Shown: positions 43,123-52,995 of the stretch, piece by piece | How positions within the stretch are numbered: the first letter of the stretch is position 1 | Layout of the letters: every line of letters begins with the position of its first letter | Source: an uncultured Nitrososphaeraceae archaeon | GTDB taxonomy: Archaea > Thermoproteota > Nitrososphaeria > Nitrososphaerales > Nitrososphaeraceae | NCBI GenBank assembly: GCA_963729045.1 | Contig: CAVSMN010000020.1 | Coordinates: forward strand, 96,001 to 160,000 | DNA: 64,000 nt | Reading direction: 5' to 3' | Position numbers and translations under genes: made by a program | The notes under the pieces: model-generated | What the model was told of the DNA's origin: nothing | Seen by the model: the letters and a program-made list of their open reading frames with translations, nothing else | The model's database searches: none

Positions 43123-44262
43123 ATGAGTTTATATACTTTTATTAGTAATAAAGATCGGATGAATAGTTTCATTACTGTAAATAAATTTTTAGTGACTTCA
43201 GCCGTATTAGCAATATCATTTGTACTACTTTTAGGTCAAACTTCAATGACCATGAATGTATTTGCTACAACCAATACAGCTAACCAAGGTATAGGCCAAT
43301 CACAATCCTCAACTCAACTTGGTGTTTGTGTTTCAGGTGACGGCACCCTTTTTTCATGTAACAACTTGAGTGACCAAAATCAAGCAAATAGCGGAAATAA
43401 TGCAGCAGCACAAAGTGGTGGCAACGATGACGATGATGACGACGATGACGATGGCAACACAGCTAACCAAGGTATAGGTCAAGCACAATCTTCTAACCAA
43501 AATGCTCTATGTGTATCAGGTTCTGGAACTTTTGTTTCTTGTAACAATTTAAATGCACAAAATCAAGCAAATAGCGGAAACAATGCATTAGCACAACAAG
43601 GTGGTAGTGGTAGTGGTGGCAATTTAGCTAACCAAGCAATCGGTCAATCACAATCCTCTAACCAAGGTAGTGGTGTAGTATCTGGTGGCAACACTGCTGG
43701 TTCAGGAAACAACGCAAACACACAAAGTCAAACAAACACTGGAAACAACGCAGCAGCACAACAAGGTGGTAGTGGTAGTGGTGGCAATTCAGCCAATCAA
43801 GGTATAGGCCAATCACAATCTTCTAACCAAGGTAGTGGCGTAGTATCTGGTGGCAACACTGCTGGTTCAGGAAACAACGCAAACACACAAAGTCAAAATA
43901 ACACCGGTAGTAACGCAGCAGCACAACAAGGTGGTAGTGGTAGTGGTGGCAATTCAGCCAATCAAGGTATAGGCCAATCACAATCCTCTAACCAAGGTAG
44001 TGGTGTAGTATCTGGTGGCAACACTGCTGGTTCTGGAAACAACGCAAACACACAAAGTCAAACAAACACTGGAAACAACGCAGCAGCACAACAAGGTGGT
44101 AGTGGTAGTGGTGGCAATTCAGCCAATCAAGGTATAGGCCAATCACAATCCTCTAACCAAGGTAGTGGCGTAGTATCTGGTGGCAACACTGCTGGTTCAG
44201 GAAACAACGCAAACACACAAAGTCAAAATAACACCGGTAGTAACGCTGTCGGACAACAATAA
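43123..44262 (+). CDS. Secreted Gln/Asn/Gly/Ser-rich tandem-repeat protein (six repeats)
   Basis: Signal peptide …MNVFA; two Cys-containing repeats plus four near-identical 55-aa repeats. Start probably ATG 43159. Confidence 0.85.
   Translation: MSLYTFISNKDRMNSFITVNKFLVTSAVLAISFVLLLGQTSMTMNVFATTNTANQGIGQSQSSTQLGVCVSGDGTLFSCNNLSDQNQANSGNNAAAQSGGNDDDDDDDDDGNTANQGIGQAQSSNQNALCVSGSGTFVSCNNLNAQNQANSGNNALAQQGGSGSGGNLANQAIGQSQSSNQGSGVVSGGNTAGSGNNANTQSQTNTGNNAAAQQGGSGSGGNSANQGIGQSQSSNQGSGVVSGGNTAGSGNNANTQSQNNTGSNAAAQQGGSGSGGNSANQGIGQSQSSNQGSGVVSGGNTAGSGNNANTQSQTNTGNNAAAQQGGSGSGGNSANQGIGQSQSSNQGSGVVSGGNTAGSGNNANTQSQNNTGSNAVGQQ
43627..44259 (+). repeat. Four 165-bp coding tandem repeats in ABAB arrangement
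   Basis: gccaatcaaggtataggcc at 43792, 43957 and 44122 (165-bp period). Units 1 and 3 carry QTNTGNN/ggtgta; units 2 and 4 carry QNNTGSN/ggcgta. Confidence 0.9.
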
Positions 44263-44269
44263 ACATAAA

Positions 44270-44286
44270 TTTTTTTCTATTTTTTT
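44270..44286 (+). terminator. Oligo-T archaeal terminator
   Basis: T7-cta-T7 directly after the stop codon of the repeat-protein gene. Confidence 0.5.
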
Positions 44287-44598
44287 ACCAATTATTTCTT
44301 ACATCTATTTACTAAGATATGACTACATGAGCATTCAAAATTAGTCTTAATCAATATGTAGAATCTAAAAATCAGCTGTGTAAATTTAATAGATATTTAA
44401 ATGGATAGTTAATACTAATGTCACAATTAGAAGACTAGAAAAAATAAGAAAATAATATAACGAAATCAGATTTTAATCCTCAATCTAGAACTATCTTTAG
44501 TCAAAACTCTAAAGTACAAGTATTAGACAGAGTGAAAGAGCCTTACAATCATCGAATAAAAGGAAAGTAAGTTGGGTGTAAACCCTTAATGAATAGGA

Positions 44599-44787
44599 TT
44601 ATGTATTCTTACGTGATGCTTTTCCACCGGCCCTTGCTACTCGTGTTCTAGTTTCTTCGCTAGCTGCTTGCAGTCCTCTTTCATCATGCTGGGCTTTTCC
44701 ACCGGCCCTTGCTACTCGTGTTCTAGTTTCTTCGCTAGCTGAAGCTAAACCTCTATTATTACCGTTTTTGTTGTTATTTTGAGGCAT
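44599..44787 (-). CDS. KGG-repeat stress protein (Con-10/GsiB/YciG-like)
   Basis: Two 25-aa repeats RGLxxASEETRTRVARAGGKA; DNA duplicated at 75-nt period. Confidence 0.85.
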   Translation of the reverse strand: MPQNNNKNGNNRGLASASEETRTRVARAGGKAQHDERGLQAASEETRTRVARAGGKASRKNT

Positions 44788-45389
44788 AATATCAAGACAT
44801 GTGAAACATACTATTTAATCTCTATTACCTTTGTCAAGTCCAATCGAGGATCTGAGCCGCCAATTCAAGAATTTTTGGCTGTTCTAATCCTGAAAGATTA
44901 AATTAAACAAGGATTTGAATTTTCAAAAACAAGCAATATTCAAAAAATTGATTGAAATCAATCATTCAATCATTCAATTGAATAGAAATTGAGGTAGCTA
45001 CAAAAAGAATAACAATTTTAGATTATTTTACTTTGTGATATCATATATACATTAGTTCCTCTAGGCTAGAGAAATCTCCAAAACTATATCTGAAATCTAT
45101 AAAACAAGTTTCAAACAGTAACACCACACCACATGACTTGTATACAAGGATTCAAAATATAGTATATGATCAATTTGATATAAAGTTGGTAACTTATTAC
45201 TACTTAAAGTCTAAAATTAAGACGGAGATGTGAAGGATCGGCTGGTATTATAGGAATCATTCAGATCCAATGGACTGATTACATACCGCAAAGATAAGGA
45301 GACACAAGTTTATTTCCGCATACATTCAATTCACAAAAATTGGAATTCAACGAGTGATTGTTTAAATTCATTGATATTCATAATCGCAT

Positions 45390-45650
45390 ATGACACAAAA
45401 ATGTGAACATATTGATAAATCTAACAAAAAGGAATTGGTCCCAAACACTATAGGATGCGAAGAATGCCAAAATGAAGGAAAGAATTGGGTTGCATTACGA
45501 ATGTGTCTTACTTGCGGTCATGTAGGTTGTTGTGATTCTTCAGTCGGGCTTCATGCTAGGAAACACTTTGAGAATCACAAACATCCAGTCATAGTAGAAC
45601 TACCAAAAAAATCGTGGAAATGGTGCTATGAGCATGAATCATATGGTTAA
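45390..45650 (+). CDS. Stand-alone UBP-type zinc finger protein
   Basis: CEH…GCEEC…WVALRMCLTCGHVGCCDSS…HARKH…HPV…WKWCY. Confidence 0.9.
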   Translation: MTQKCEHIDKSNKKELVPNTIGCEECQNEGKNWVALRMCLTCGHVGCCDSSVGLHARKHFENHKHPVIVELPKKSWKWCYEHESYG

Positions 45651-45652
45651 AA

Positions 45653-47092
45653 GTTGTGTGAAAGATGATCTATATTCTTGTCTAAATTAACAGTGTTCGT
45701 TTAAATACCACAACACCTTTACCTAACTATTTTGATACACAACTCCACCTTTGAAAATGAACATGATATAGGTAAAGCAGTATATGACTGGACATGTGAA
45801 TATAACAAAAAATGCAGTGGTAGTTCAAATAGTTGAGTCTATTAATGGGTTAGATACCTCCAGATGGATCACCACCTTTGTATCTATTAAAGTTGACCAA
45901 GTCTTAGGCTTTTACTCTTTGAACGTGGCCTTCCTTACCGGTAGATAACGATGTTAATTCTATCACTGAACCTCGATTGACTTTGGACATGTCGATTGAA
46001 ATTTCTAATAGTTCGGTTTCTGCAAAATCCTAAATTGATTGAATAGACTTGTCTCTATGTTATACGATATTTTTCTGGCGCCGATGTCTTATAACGCCGA
46101 TGCTTATCAATTCACTAAATACAACTCTCTTCAGTCTCAGAGGAAAGCTGAGAAAAAATAATCACTATTACTAGCTATGAAGGAGGAGCCATGATGAAGC
46201 GTGTGACCTAGAATTCCGACTCATTACTCTGTCAAAACACCATTGTATTCATATACTGTGGGAAAATGTTATTTATGTAAATTACAACCATCAAGTAGAA
46301 TATCTAACTGTAGTAACTATTTACTCAATAGCCTCAACCAGTGCTATCTAGCTTTTTATTAACGAGTACTCGTTACTCATATAGGGTAACAGTTACTGTA
46401 CTATGAATTGTAGAATAGTCAATACATATGATCATTATTAATATAAAAGAATAATGGGTACAATAGAATCATATGTAAACTAAACTAAACATCATAGTTG
46501 TAAAGAAAGGTTTACAAAAGGTAAGCATCAATCTTTAACCTATAAGAGAAATACAACGGCAACTATTGATCTGGTGTGTTTTGCATATTTCCCTAATTCT
46601 GTAATTAATGGGTTGTATATTAAATTTTATATCCAATATTATATCTTTAACAAAGTGAATTAGGCCCAGTACGTTAAAAATTATATACTTGTAATCATGG
46701 TAATATTTTGCTTGATTAATTAAGTTATGAGGTTAAGAATTATTTTAACACGTTGATACCTTGTATATGTAAACCAATTATGCTTCCATCGATACTGTGT
46801 TAATCGAATCGATGTACCCATTTTCTCATGTCAGTGTCGTGATAATTTGGCATTCTCCTTATTTAAGGAACAATATATTCTTCATCTTTTAGCAGAAAGA
46901 TCTTAGTATTGGTATGCAGTTCAATACGCTTATTTTGTATTATGCTATATAACTTGTTTTTTTCATCATCAGAAATCAACATGAGATTGGCATAACTCAT
47001 AACCATGGTTAATGAGAAAAATGGTAGCTAAAGTTGTGACATCTAAACGAACACTGTTAGTTTACAGAAGTACAGACCATCCCTCACATAAC
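45653..47092. repeat. Imperfect ~75-80-bp inverted repeats (45653-45733 and 47017-47092) bounding a 1.44-kb ORF-free segment
   Basis: Perfect core taacagtgttcgttta (45688-45703) and its reverse complement taaacgaacactgtta (47044-47059); flanks align with mismatches. Confidence 0.7.
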
Positions 47093-47405
47093 GGTTATGA
47101 TAAATACAAAGATAATCACAGTTCATATTGTTGATGTAATCGATTATACTAACTATAGGTTTCAGGATTGTCATAGAGATAGCATTCATGAAATTGGTTT
47201 GATCAAGTAAAATTAACACCAGTTAAAGTTCGTCCTACTAGTAAGCAAAATTTTCTAATCTAGTCATTTGGTTTTTGTGTATCTTTGAAACCAGTTTCAC
47301 AGATTTATTATTGGATTAAGAAAAATCTATTAGCAGTTATCAGGATGACAGCGCAGCACAATAAAATAGAAATTCAGAATATATTTATTTGCTTATTCAT
47401 AGAAA

Positions 47406-47494
47406 TAGCCCGGCCCAGATTCGAACTGGGGTCAAAGGCTCCAAAGGCCTCTATGCTTGGCCACTACACTCGGCACTTGTAATACTACCGGGCT
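47406..47494 (-). tRNA. tRNA-Gln(UUG) with a 16-nt non-canonical intron (47469-47484)
   Basis: Acceptor AGCCCGG/CCGGGCT, anticodon arm GAGGC-CTTTGGA-GCCTT, T arm CCCAG-TTCGAAT-CTGGG. Removing TATTACAAGTGCCGAG restores D-stem GTGT/GCAT and a 73-nt tRNA. Confidence 0.92.
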
Positions 47495-47542
47495 TCCGGG
47501 CATTTTTATATTGTAAGTACGGACGTTATTAATTTTACGAAT

Positions 47543-48658
47543 CTATTTTTTATCAATTGTAGATACATAACTTACGAGTTTTTCAATTGGATCTTCCATT
47601 TTATTTAAAATCCTTGCAGCACGGTTTTGTATTAAAATGCATTCTCGCTCGTCGTCTAAGAATGATTTCAATAATTTGTCAATTTGTACTGGACTAGAAG
47701 CTTGAACAACTAATCCAATTTTTCTTAAATAGTCATCAATATAGAACTGAATTGGGGCTATAGAAATAGTTGGTTTGCCTAGTAGTGCAGACTCTGCAGT
47801 CATTGTGCCCCCTGCACCGACAAAAATATCAATATTATTTAGTAATTTAACTCCATCAACAACTTGTCTCAATACAACGGCTTTATTTCTGAATCTTTTG
47901 GACATTTCTGCAATTTGATCTGGATATCTACATAGAATAATGATGGCATTATTATCAGCAAAATTATTTACAATAAAATCTACTAAATCTAATGGTCGTA
48001 TTCGCAAATTCTTGTTAGATATATAGGCAGCCTTTGATTCTTCAAGTCTTATCAGGATAGTTTTTCGCGAGTGATCTATCTTTAACTCTTTCAAGAATTC
48101 AAAATCTTTATCTACTCGAGGTCGTTTCCTACCGTGCAGTCGGAAGGTAATTTCATCAATGTCTCGGCTCAACCATGCAACAGGATCTAAGCCCTTATAC
48201 CGAATGATTTGCTTAGATGATATGCCATATTTTTTCCAAGCAGAAATAGGTATGACAGATGGAGAAAATAACGTCGTTAACAAAGGAATAGTTAATCTTG
48301 CAACAGCTTCAGCATGTGGTGAATCATTGAAACCAATGTGATTTATTCCCAAACCAAAAGAAACTCTCGAAGCTTCAGGAGATGAAAAACTGATCACCAA
48401 ATTAGGTGAAAATTTTGAAATTATTTTAGCCAGTTCCATAATTCGCTTTGAACTTTGAAAGAGTTTATCAAAAAGATCTGATCCTCCATGGTTACCAATC
48501 ATCAAAAGATTCAACCCCATTAATCGTGATAATTCATTGGCTTCTCTATAATTTCGTGATGTACATAAGACCTCATGACCCTGTTTTTGTAATATGTTAA
48601 TCGCAGGTTTAAAAAACATTATTTGTTTGGGAGTCAGAATGTCAAACCAAATCTTCAC
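47543..48658 (-). CDS. DUF354 family protein (GT-B-like)
   Basis: MKIWFDILTPKQ, IGNHGG, FSSPEASRVSFGLG, NDSPHA, GAGGTMTAESALLGKP. Confidence 0.85.
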   Translation of the reverse strand: MKIWFDILTPKQIMFFKPAINILQKQGHEVLCTSRNYREANELSRLMGLNLLMIGNHGGSDLFDKLFQSSKRIMELAKIISKFSPNLVISFSSPEASRVSFGLGINHIGFNDSPHAEAVARLTIPLLTTLFSPSVIPISAWKKYGISSKQIIRYKGLDPVAWLSRDIDEITFRLHGRKRPRVDKDFEFLKELKIDHSRKTILIRLEESKAAYISNKNLRIRPLDLVDFIVNNFADNNAIIILCRYPDQIAEMSKRFRNKAVVLRQVVDGVKLLNNIDIFVGAGGTMTAESALLGKPTISIAPIQFYIDDYLRKIGLVVQASSPVQIDKLLKSFLDDERECILIQNRAARILNKMEDPIEKLVSYVSTIDKK

Positions 48659-48777
48659 AATTAGAATTATTCTTTAATATTAAAAAATTCTTTCGCTTTT
48701 AATGTCGTTAATTAGTCGAAATTGCAATAAAAATCAATAAATCCAAAACTAAATAAAGAAATCTAAAATTAAGATAT

Positions 48778-50093
48778 TTGGGGCGTAGAGAATTTCAGAC
48801 AAAATAGATAAACCAAATGACACTATTGGTGAAGAACCTAAAAAATTATCAAATTATACATATCTTAATAATGGAAAGAATATTGAAAATCTGGATATAG
48901 AAAAGAGTGATCCGAAGGACAAACTTATTGTGATTTATGGGTTGAGCACTGAGGGTTATGAAATTGCAAAAAAGATACTCCGCAAACAATCAAAGGTAAT
49001 TATTATTGATGAAAATTCTAGGTTGGGAATTATTCTCACTTCTGAAATTGTAAAAGAATACCCGCATATTAACTTCTTAAATGAGGAGGAGCTACTGCTA
49101 AATTTAGAACCTTTCGACAAAGCAATTAGTAATGCTCCAATAGTCTTTTTTGCACCTAGAATAAGAAAAGTCAATCAAGATGTAAAGAATGAAATAATTT
49201 TAAAATTTAAAGAGATAATTACCTATTTAATGAAAAATACCGTGATTGTAATTAATGTTCCATTAGGTATTGGAGGAAATAATGAAATAATCACACTCAT
49301 TGAACATCAATCAGGTTTAATGGTTGGGACAGATGTTACATATTATTATAATCCAATAAATTCAGACAAGACATCTGAAATAATATTAGGTTCCCATCAA
49401 CAAAGAAATGAAAATTTATTTATAGATAGCATTTTTGATTTGATTAATGAGAACAATCGTATTCAAAATGATATCAAGTTAGCAAGTATAACATCTGCAG
49501 AATTAGTATATTCGATTAATATCATAAACAAGTATTCAAATTTAACGTGCATCAATGAAATTTCAAAATTAGGTAAATCAAAAGAAGATAAACAAGAAAT
49601 CTTTTACAAAAATGTAGAATCAATATATTTTGATGAAATAGCAAATGGCTTGTTCGATCTAAGGATTATTGGTTTGTCTATATCCAGCTCCACTGCATTA
49701 AGCTATGTAGTAAATGGGACAATAAGGTCGATAGAAGGATTCATAAAAAATTTGGTTGACGAAACAAGAAGTCAACTAAAATCCAGAGAGATAAAGGCCA
49801 GTAGAACAAAGGTTACTATTTTTTGGACGATTGATAATCACGAAATAAGAGGAGACAAAACAATTATTCGAGAATTATTGGAATCAAAACTACGAGATTA
49901 TATTGCAGAAGTAGAAATCGAAGACGTTGAAAGTTATATCCCCAATTCTACTAACAACATCATAATTGCCTGTTCAAGTGCAGATTATAAGAAAATAATT
50001 CACAGAATGGAAAAGAATATCAATCATCGTCATCCAAACTACAAGTTAATTGTAGTAGCGGCGAATTCTACTTTCAACACAATGGAATTGTAG
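48778..50093 (+). CDS. Degenerate UDP-glucose/GDP-mannose dehydrogenase-like protein
   Basis: IYGLSTEGY Rossmann-like start, ITSAEL, C-terminal domain similar to nucleotide-sugar dehydrogenases. Frame open back to 48789; probable TTG start at 48778 with an A-run frameshift. Confidence 0.6.
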
Positions 50094-50268
50094 TATCAGC
50101 ATTATGCAGAAAATTTGGATATGAATGAAGCATTAATTGTGATCTGTATCATTTGTTCTCCATCCACGTTCAATGTTACTTCAGGCTTTGTGAAATCGTC
50201 TACATAAAGAGGATCTAATTTAGAATATGAATTTGTCAGGAGTAAAAAAAATTGAAAATAAGGAAATA

Positions 50269-50796
50269 CTAAACATCCCAATTAGTTTTTTTTACATCGT
50301 ATTCCGACCTAGTATATTTTATCCTTGCCGGATGTCCCATTACCACTACATCTGGAGGTATATCTTTAGTTACAACAGAGGCCATTGCAATTACACTATT
50401 TTTACCTATTGTTACACCAGCTTTAATAATGGATCTACCTCCAATGATTGCTCCATCTTCAACTATCACCCCAATCATTCTTTTGCTCATAGGATAAGGA
50501 TCATTGGTAAAGGTAGTTCCAGGACCAATGAAAACATTATTTCCAATTTCTGTAAGTGGAGGAATATAAACAGAACCTTCTATCCTACAGTTGTTTCCAA
50601 TCTTAACATTGTAATCCACGTGGGTAAGTGAGCCGATCATAACATCATTACCTACAACGGTATTATCCCCAATATACGCAAAATGCCATATCTTAACATT
50701 TTTACCAATCGTTGCTTTAGGAGAAATGAAATTTATTATAGAACTTTCTTTTTTTTCAGACATTTCTAATTCAATTAGATTTCTATCGCAGTCCAT
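50269..50796 (-). CDS. Hexapeptide-repeat N-acetyltransferase (WbpD-like)
   Basis: IGKNVKIWHFAYIG, FIGPG..FTND.YP, VVTKDIPP..VVMGHPA. Confidence 0.88.
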   Translation of the reverse strand: MDCDRNLIELEMSEKKESSIINFISPKATIGKNVKIWHFAYIGDNTVVGNDVMIGSLTHVDYNVKIGNNCRIEGSVYIPPLTEIGNNVFIGPGTTFTNDPYPMSKRMIGVIVEDGAIIGGRSIIKAGVTIGKNSVIAMASVVTKDIPPDVVVMGHPARIKYTRSEYDVKKTNWDV

Positions 50797-51007
50797 TTAT
50801 AATTAACTTAAAATACGAATTTACCTAACAGATGTGGAGCAGGAACTGAGTCAGTAAATCAAGCAGCCAAAATGAAAAAGATAAAGGAGTACACCCATAT
50901 CTTCAAGGAAAATAATATTAGTTACGAACACATTATCTTCATCTGAGAACATTACAATTCAAGACATATTTCAGAATGTGCATATTATTAGCAGATATGT
51001 GAGTATA

Positions 51008-51973
51008 TTAGAAAGAAAGGTAAACAGGTGTCCCCGTGTTGCTCGAAATTAAAGCTGCCTCAGCTATTTTTGTTACGGCGGTCGCATCCTCAGGAGTTAC
51101 AAGATACTTGGTAATATTACCAGATAAAGATTTAACAAAGTTTTCTAGTTCCAAGGTTAATGGCTCTCGGATATTCCTTCGTGGAATAAGTGTTTGGTTC
51201 TCATCATCTATTTTTATTTCTTGAGTAATAAAGTCTCCTGTGATGGTTCCCTCAGAACAAACAGCTGAAAATCTTCTAACTTTTTTTGGAGTAATCCAAT
51301 TAGATGCAATTATTGCTACTTTTTGATTGGGAAATCCTAACATTATTGTTGCAAAATCTTCAGAATTATGAAACTTCTTACCTGCACGAGCAAAAACGAC
51401 ATTTGGCTTACTATCAAAAATAAACAAAGCAGTATCAATATCATGAACCGAAGTATCATAGATTATACCTACGTCCTTTATATGCATAGGCATTCGATTT
51501 TCCCTATGAAATTCCATCATTAATAATTCCCCATAGGTATTGTCATCAATAATTTGCTTGAGATCCTGCACAGCAGGATTAAAACGCTCTATGTATCCAG
51601 AGGTTAAAATTACATTATTCTGTTTTGACAATTTTGTAAGTTCTTCGCACTCAATTGATGAGAAAGATAATGGTTTTTCTACAAAAACATTTATCCCACG
51701 TTTAATTATTTCTTGTGCAATCGGAAAGTGTGTTTTGGTCGGAGTACACACTAGACATGCATCAAGAGAAGTTTCCTTTTCAAGTAATTGTTCAACAGTT
51801 GAATAGCAATTGATCTTAAATTTTTTTGCTAGGGCTTGAGATCTATTCCAATCTGAATCGCATATTGCAGATAATACACCCAAATCGTTTAATACACGTA
51901 CGTGGTTCTTTCCCCAGCCACCAGTTCCAATTACCGCAATTTTAATTGACTTTTCATCCAATTGTTTCAACAT
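51008..51973 (-). CDS. Gfo/Idh/MocA oxidoreductase (WbpB-like)
   Basis: IGTGGWGKNH, VFVEKP, GYIERFNPAV, DVGIIYDTSVHDID. Confidence 0.88.
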   Translation of the reverse strand: MLKQLDEKSIKIAVIGTGGWGKNHVRVLNDLGVLSAICDSDWNRSQALAKKFKINCYSTVEQLLEKETSLDACLVCTPTKTHFPIAQEIIKRGINVFVEKPLSFSSIECEELTKLSKQNNVILTSGYIERFNPAVQDLKQIIDDNTYGELLMMEFHRENRMPMHIKDVGIIYDTSVHDIDTALFIFDSKPNVVFARAGKKFHNSEDFATIMLGFPNQKVAIIASNWITPKKVRRFSAVCSEGTITGDFITQEIKIDDENQTLIPRRNIREPLTLELENFVKSLSGNITKYLVTPEDATAVTKIAEAALISSNTGTPVYLSF

Positions 51974-52024
51974 CTCCTAAATTTACGCTATTTTTTCTTG
52001 AATGTAGAATTAATAACATTGAAG

Positions 52025-52943
52025 TTACCATACTGGAGTAACCCACGTATTAAAATCGGGTATTTGAGATACCACTATTTTTTGGTAGTAGTCAGAGATT
52101 TTTCTTGTAAATTCGCCAACTGTTCCGTTTCCAACTTTATGATTATCCACGCTTATTATTGGAGTAATTTCAGCTGCAGTACCTGTAACAAATATTTCAT
52201 CGGCAATGTATAATTCTGTACGGGTAATGGATCGCTCGCATACATCATAACCAAGATGTCTTTGCTATCGTGATAGCCGTATCCCTAGTTATTCCTTCAA
52301 GCACAGAATCCGATAATGATGGAGTATAAATCTTATTATTTCGAACTAGAAAAATATTTTCTCCTGGTGCTTCACTCACATTGCCATAATAATCGAGTAA
52401 TATCGATTCATCATACCCATTTCTTTTGCACTCTTGAGTAGCTAATACTGAATTCATATAATTTCCTCCAGCTTTTGCCATCGGTGGAGTAGAGTTCTCA
52501 TTTATTCGTCTCCATGAAGAAATGCATGTTCTTATCCCGGTTTCTGGAAAATATCTATCAAAAGGGAAAGCAATAATGGCTAGATGAGAAGGGGAGCGTT
52601 TAGTAACATTAAGATCTATTCCATGTAATCCAACAAATAATAAGGGCCTAATATAACAAGACTTTTTAATATTATTCTTCCTTAATAATTCAACAGTAGA
52701 TGTACACATTTCAGAAAGAGTATAATTTGAATTGATAGAATAGACCTCTGCAGACTGAAGTAATCTTTGCATATGCTCTTTAAGTTTAAAAATAAACAGA
52801 TTTTGATCATTTGAGTATCCCCTGATGCCCTCAAAGACTGACGTTCCGTAGTGTAACGCATGAGTCGTAATAGGAACGGTAACAGAATCCCATGATTTGA
52901 ATTCACCGTCAAACCAAATAAAATCAGCATTCTTAGTATTCAT
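52025..52943 (-). CDS. ilvE: Branched-chain amino acid aminotransferase; frameshift near 52262
   Basis: THALHYGTSVFEGIR, YIRP, AKAGGNY, EAPGENIF, LEGITR; continues in another frame as ELYIADEIFVTGTAAEITP…VTPVW*. Confidence 0.92.
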
Positions 52944-52995
52944 AGATTTGCAAGTTTTTTACTTCTATAAAAGTGTTAAATCTACAGTAATCAAC

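Noticed and set aside
43627..44259. Regularly spaced repeats as a CRISPR array
   Set aside because: In-frame 165-bp coding repeats with no unique spacers and no cas genes.
45390..45650. zf-UBP as evidence of a ubiquitin system linked to the proteasome operon
   Set aside because: Stand-alone UBP zinc fingers are common in prokaryotes; no ubiquitin, E1/E2/E3 or JAB genes in the window.
46078..46108. 16-bp tandem cgccgatg(t)cttat repeat
   Set aside because: Two copies only; likely local slippage.
47285..47482. 65-aa ORF
   Set aside because: Antisense overlap with tRNA-Gln; spurious.
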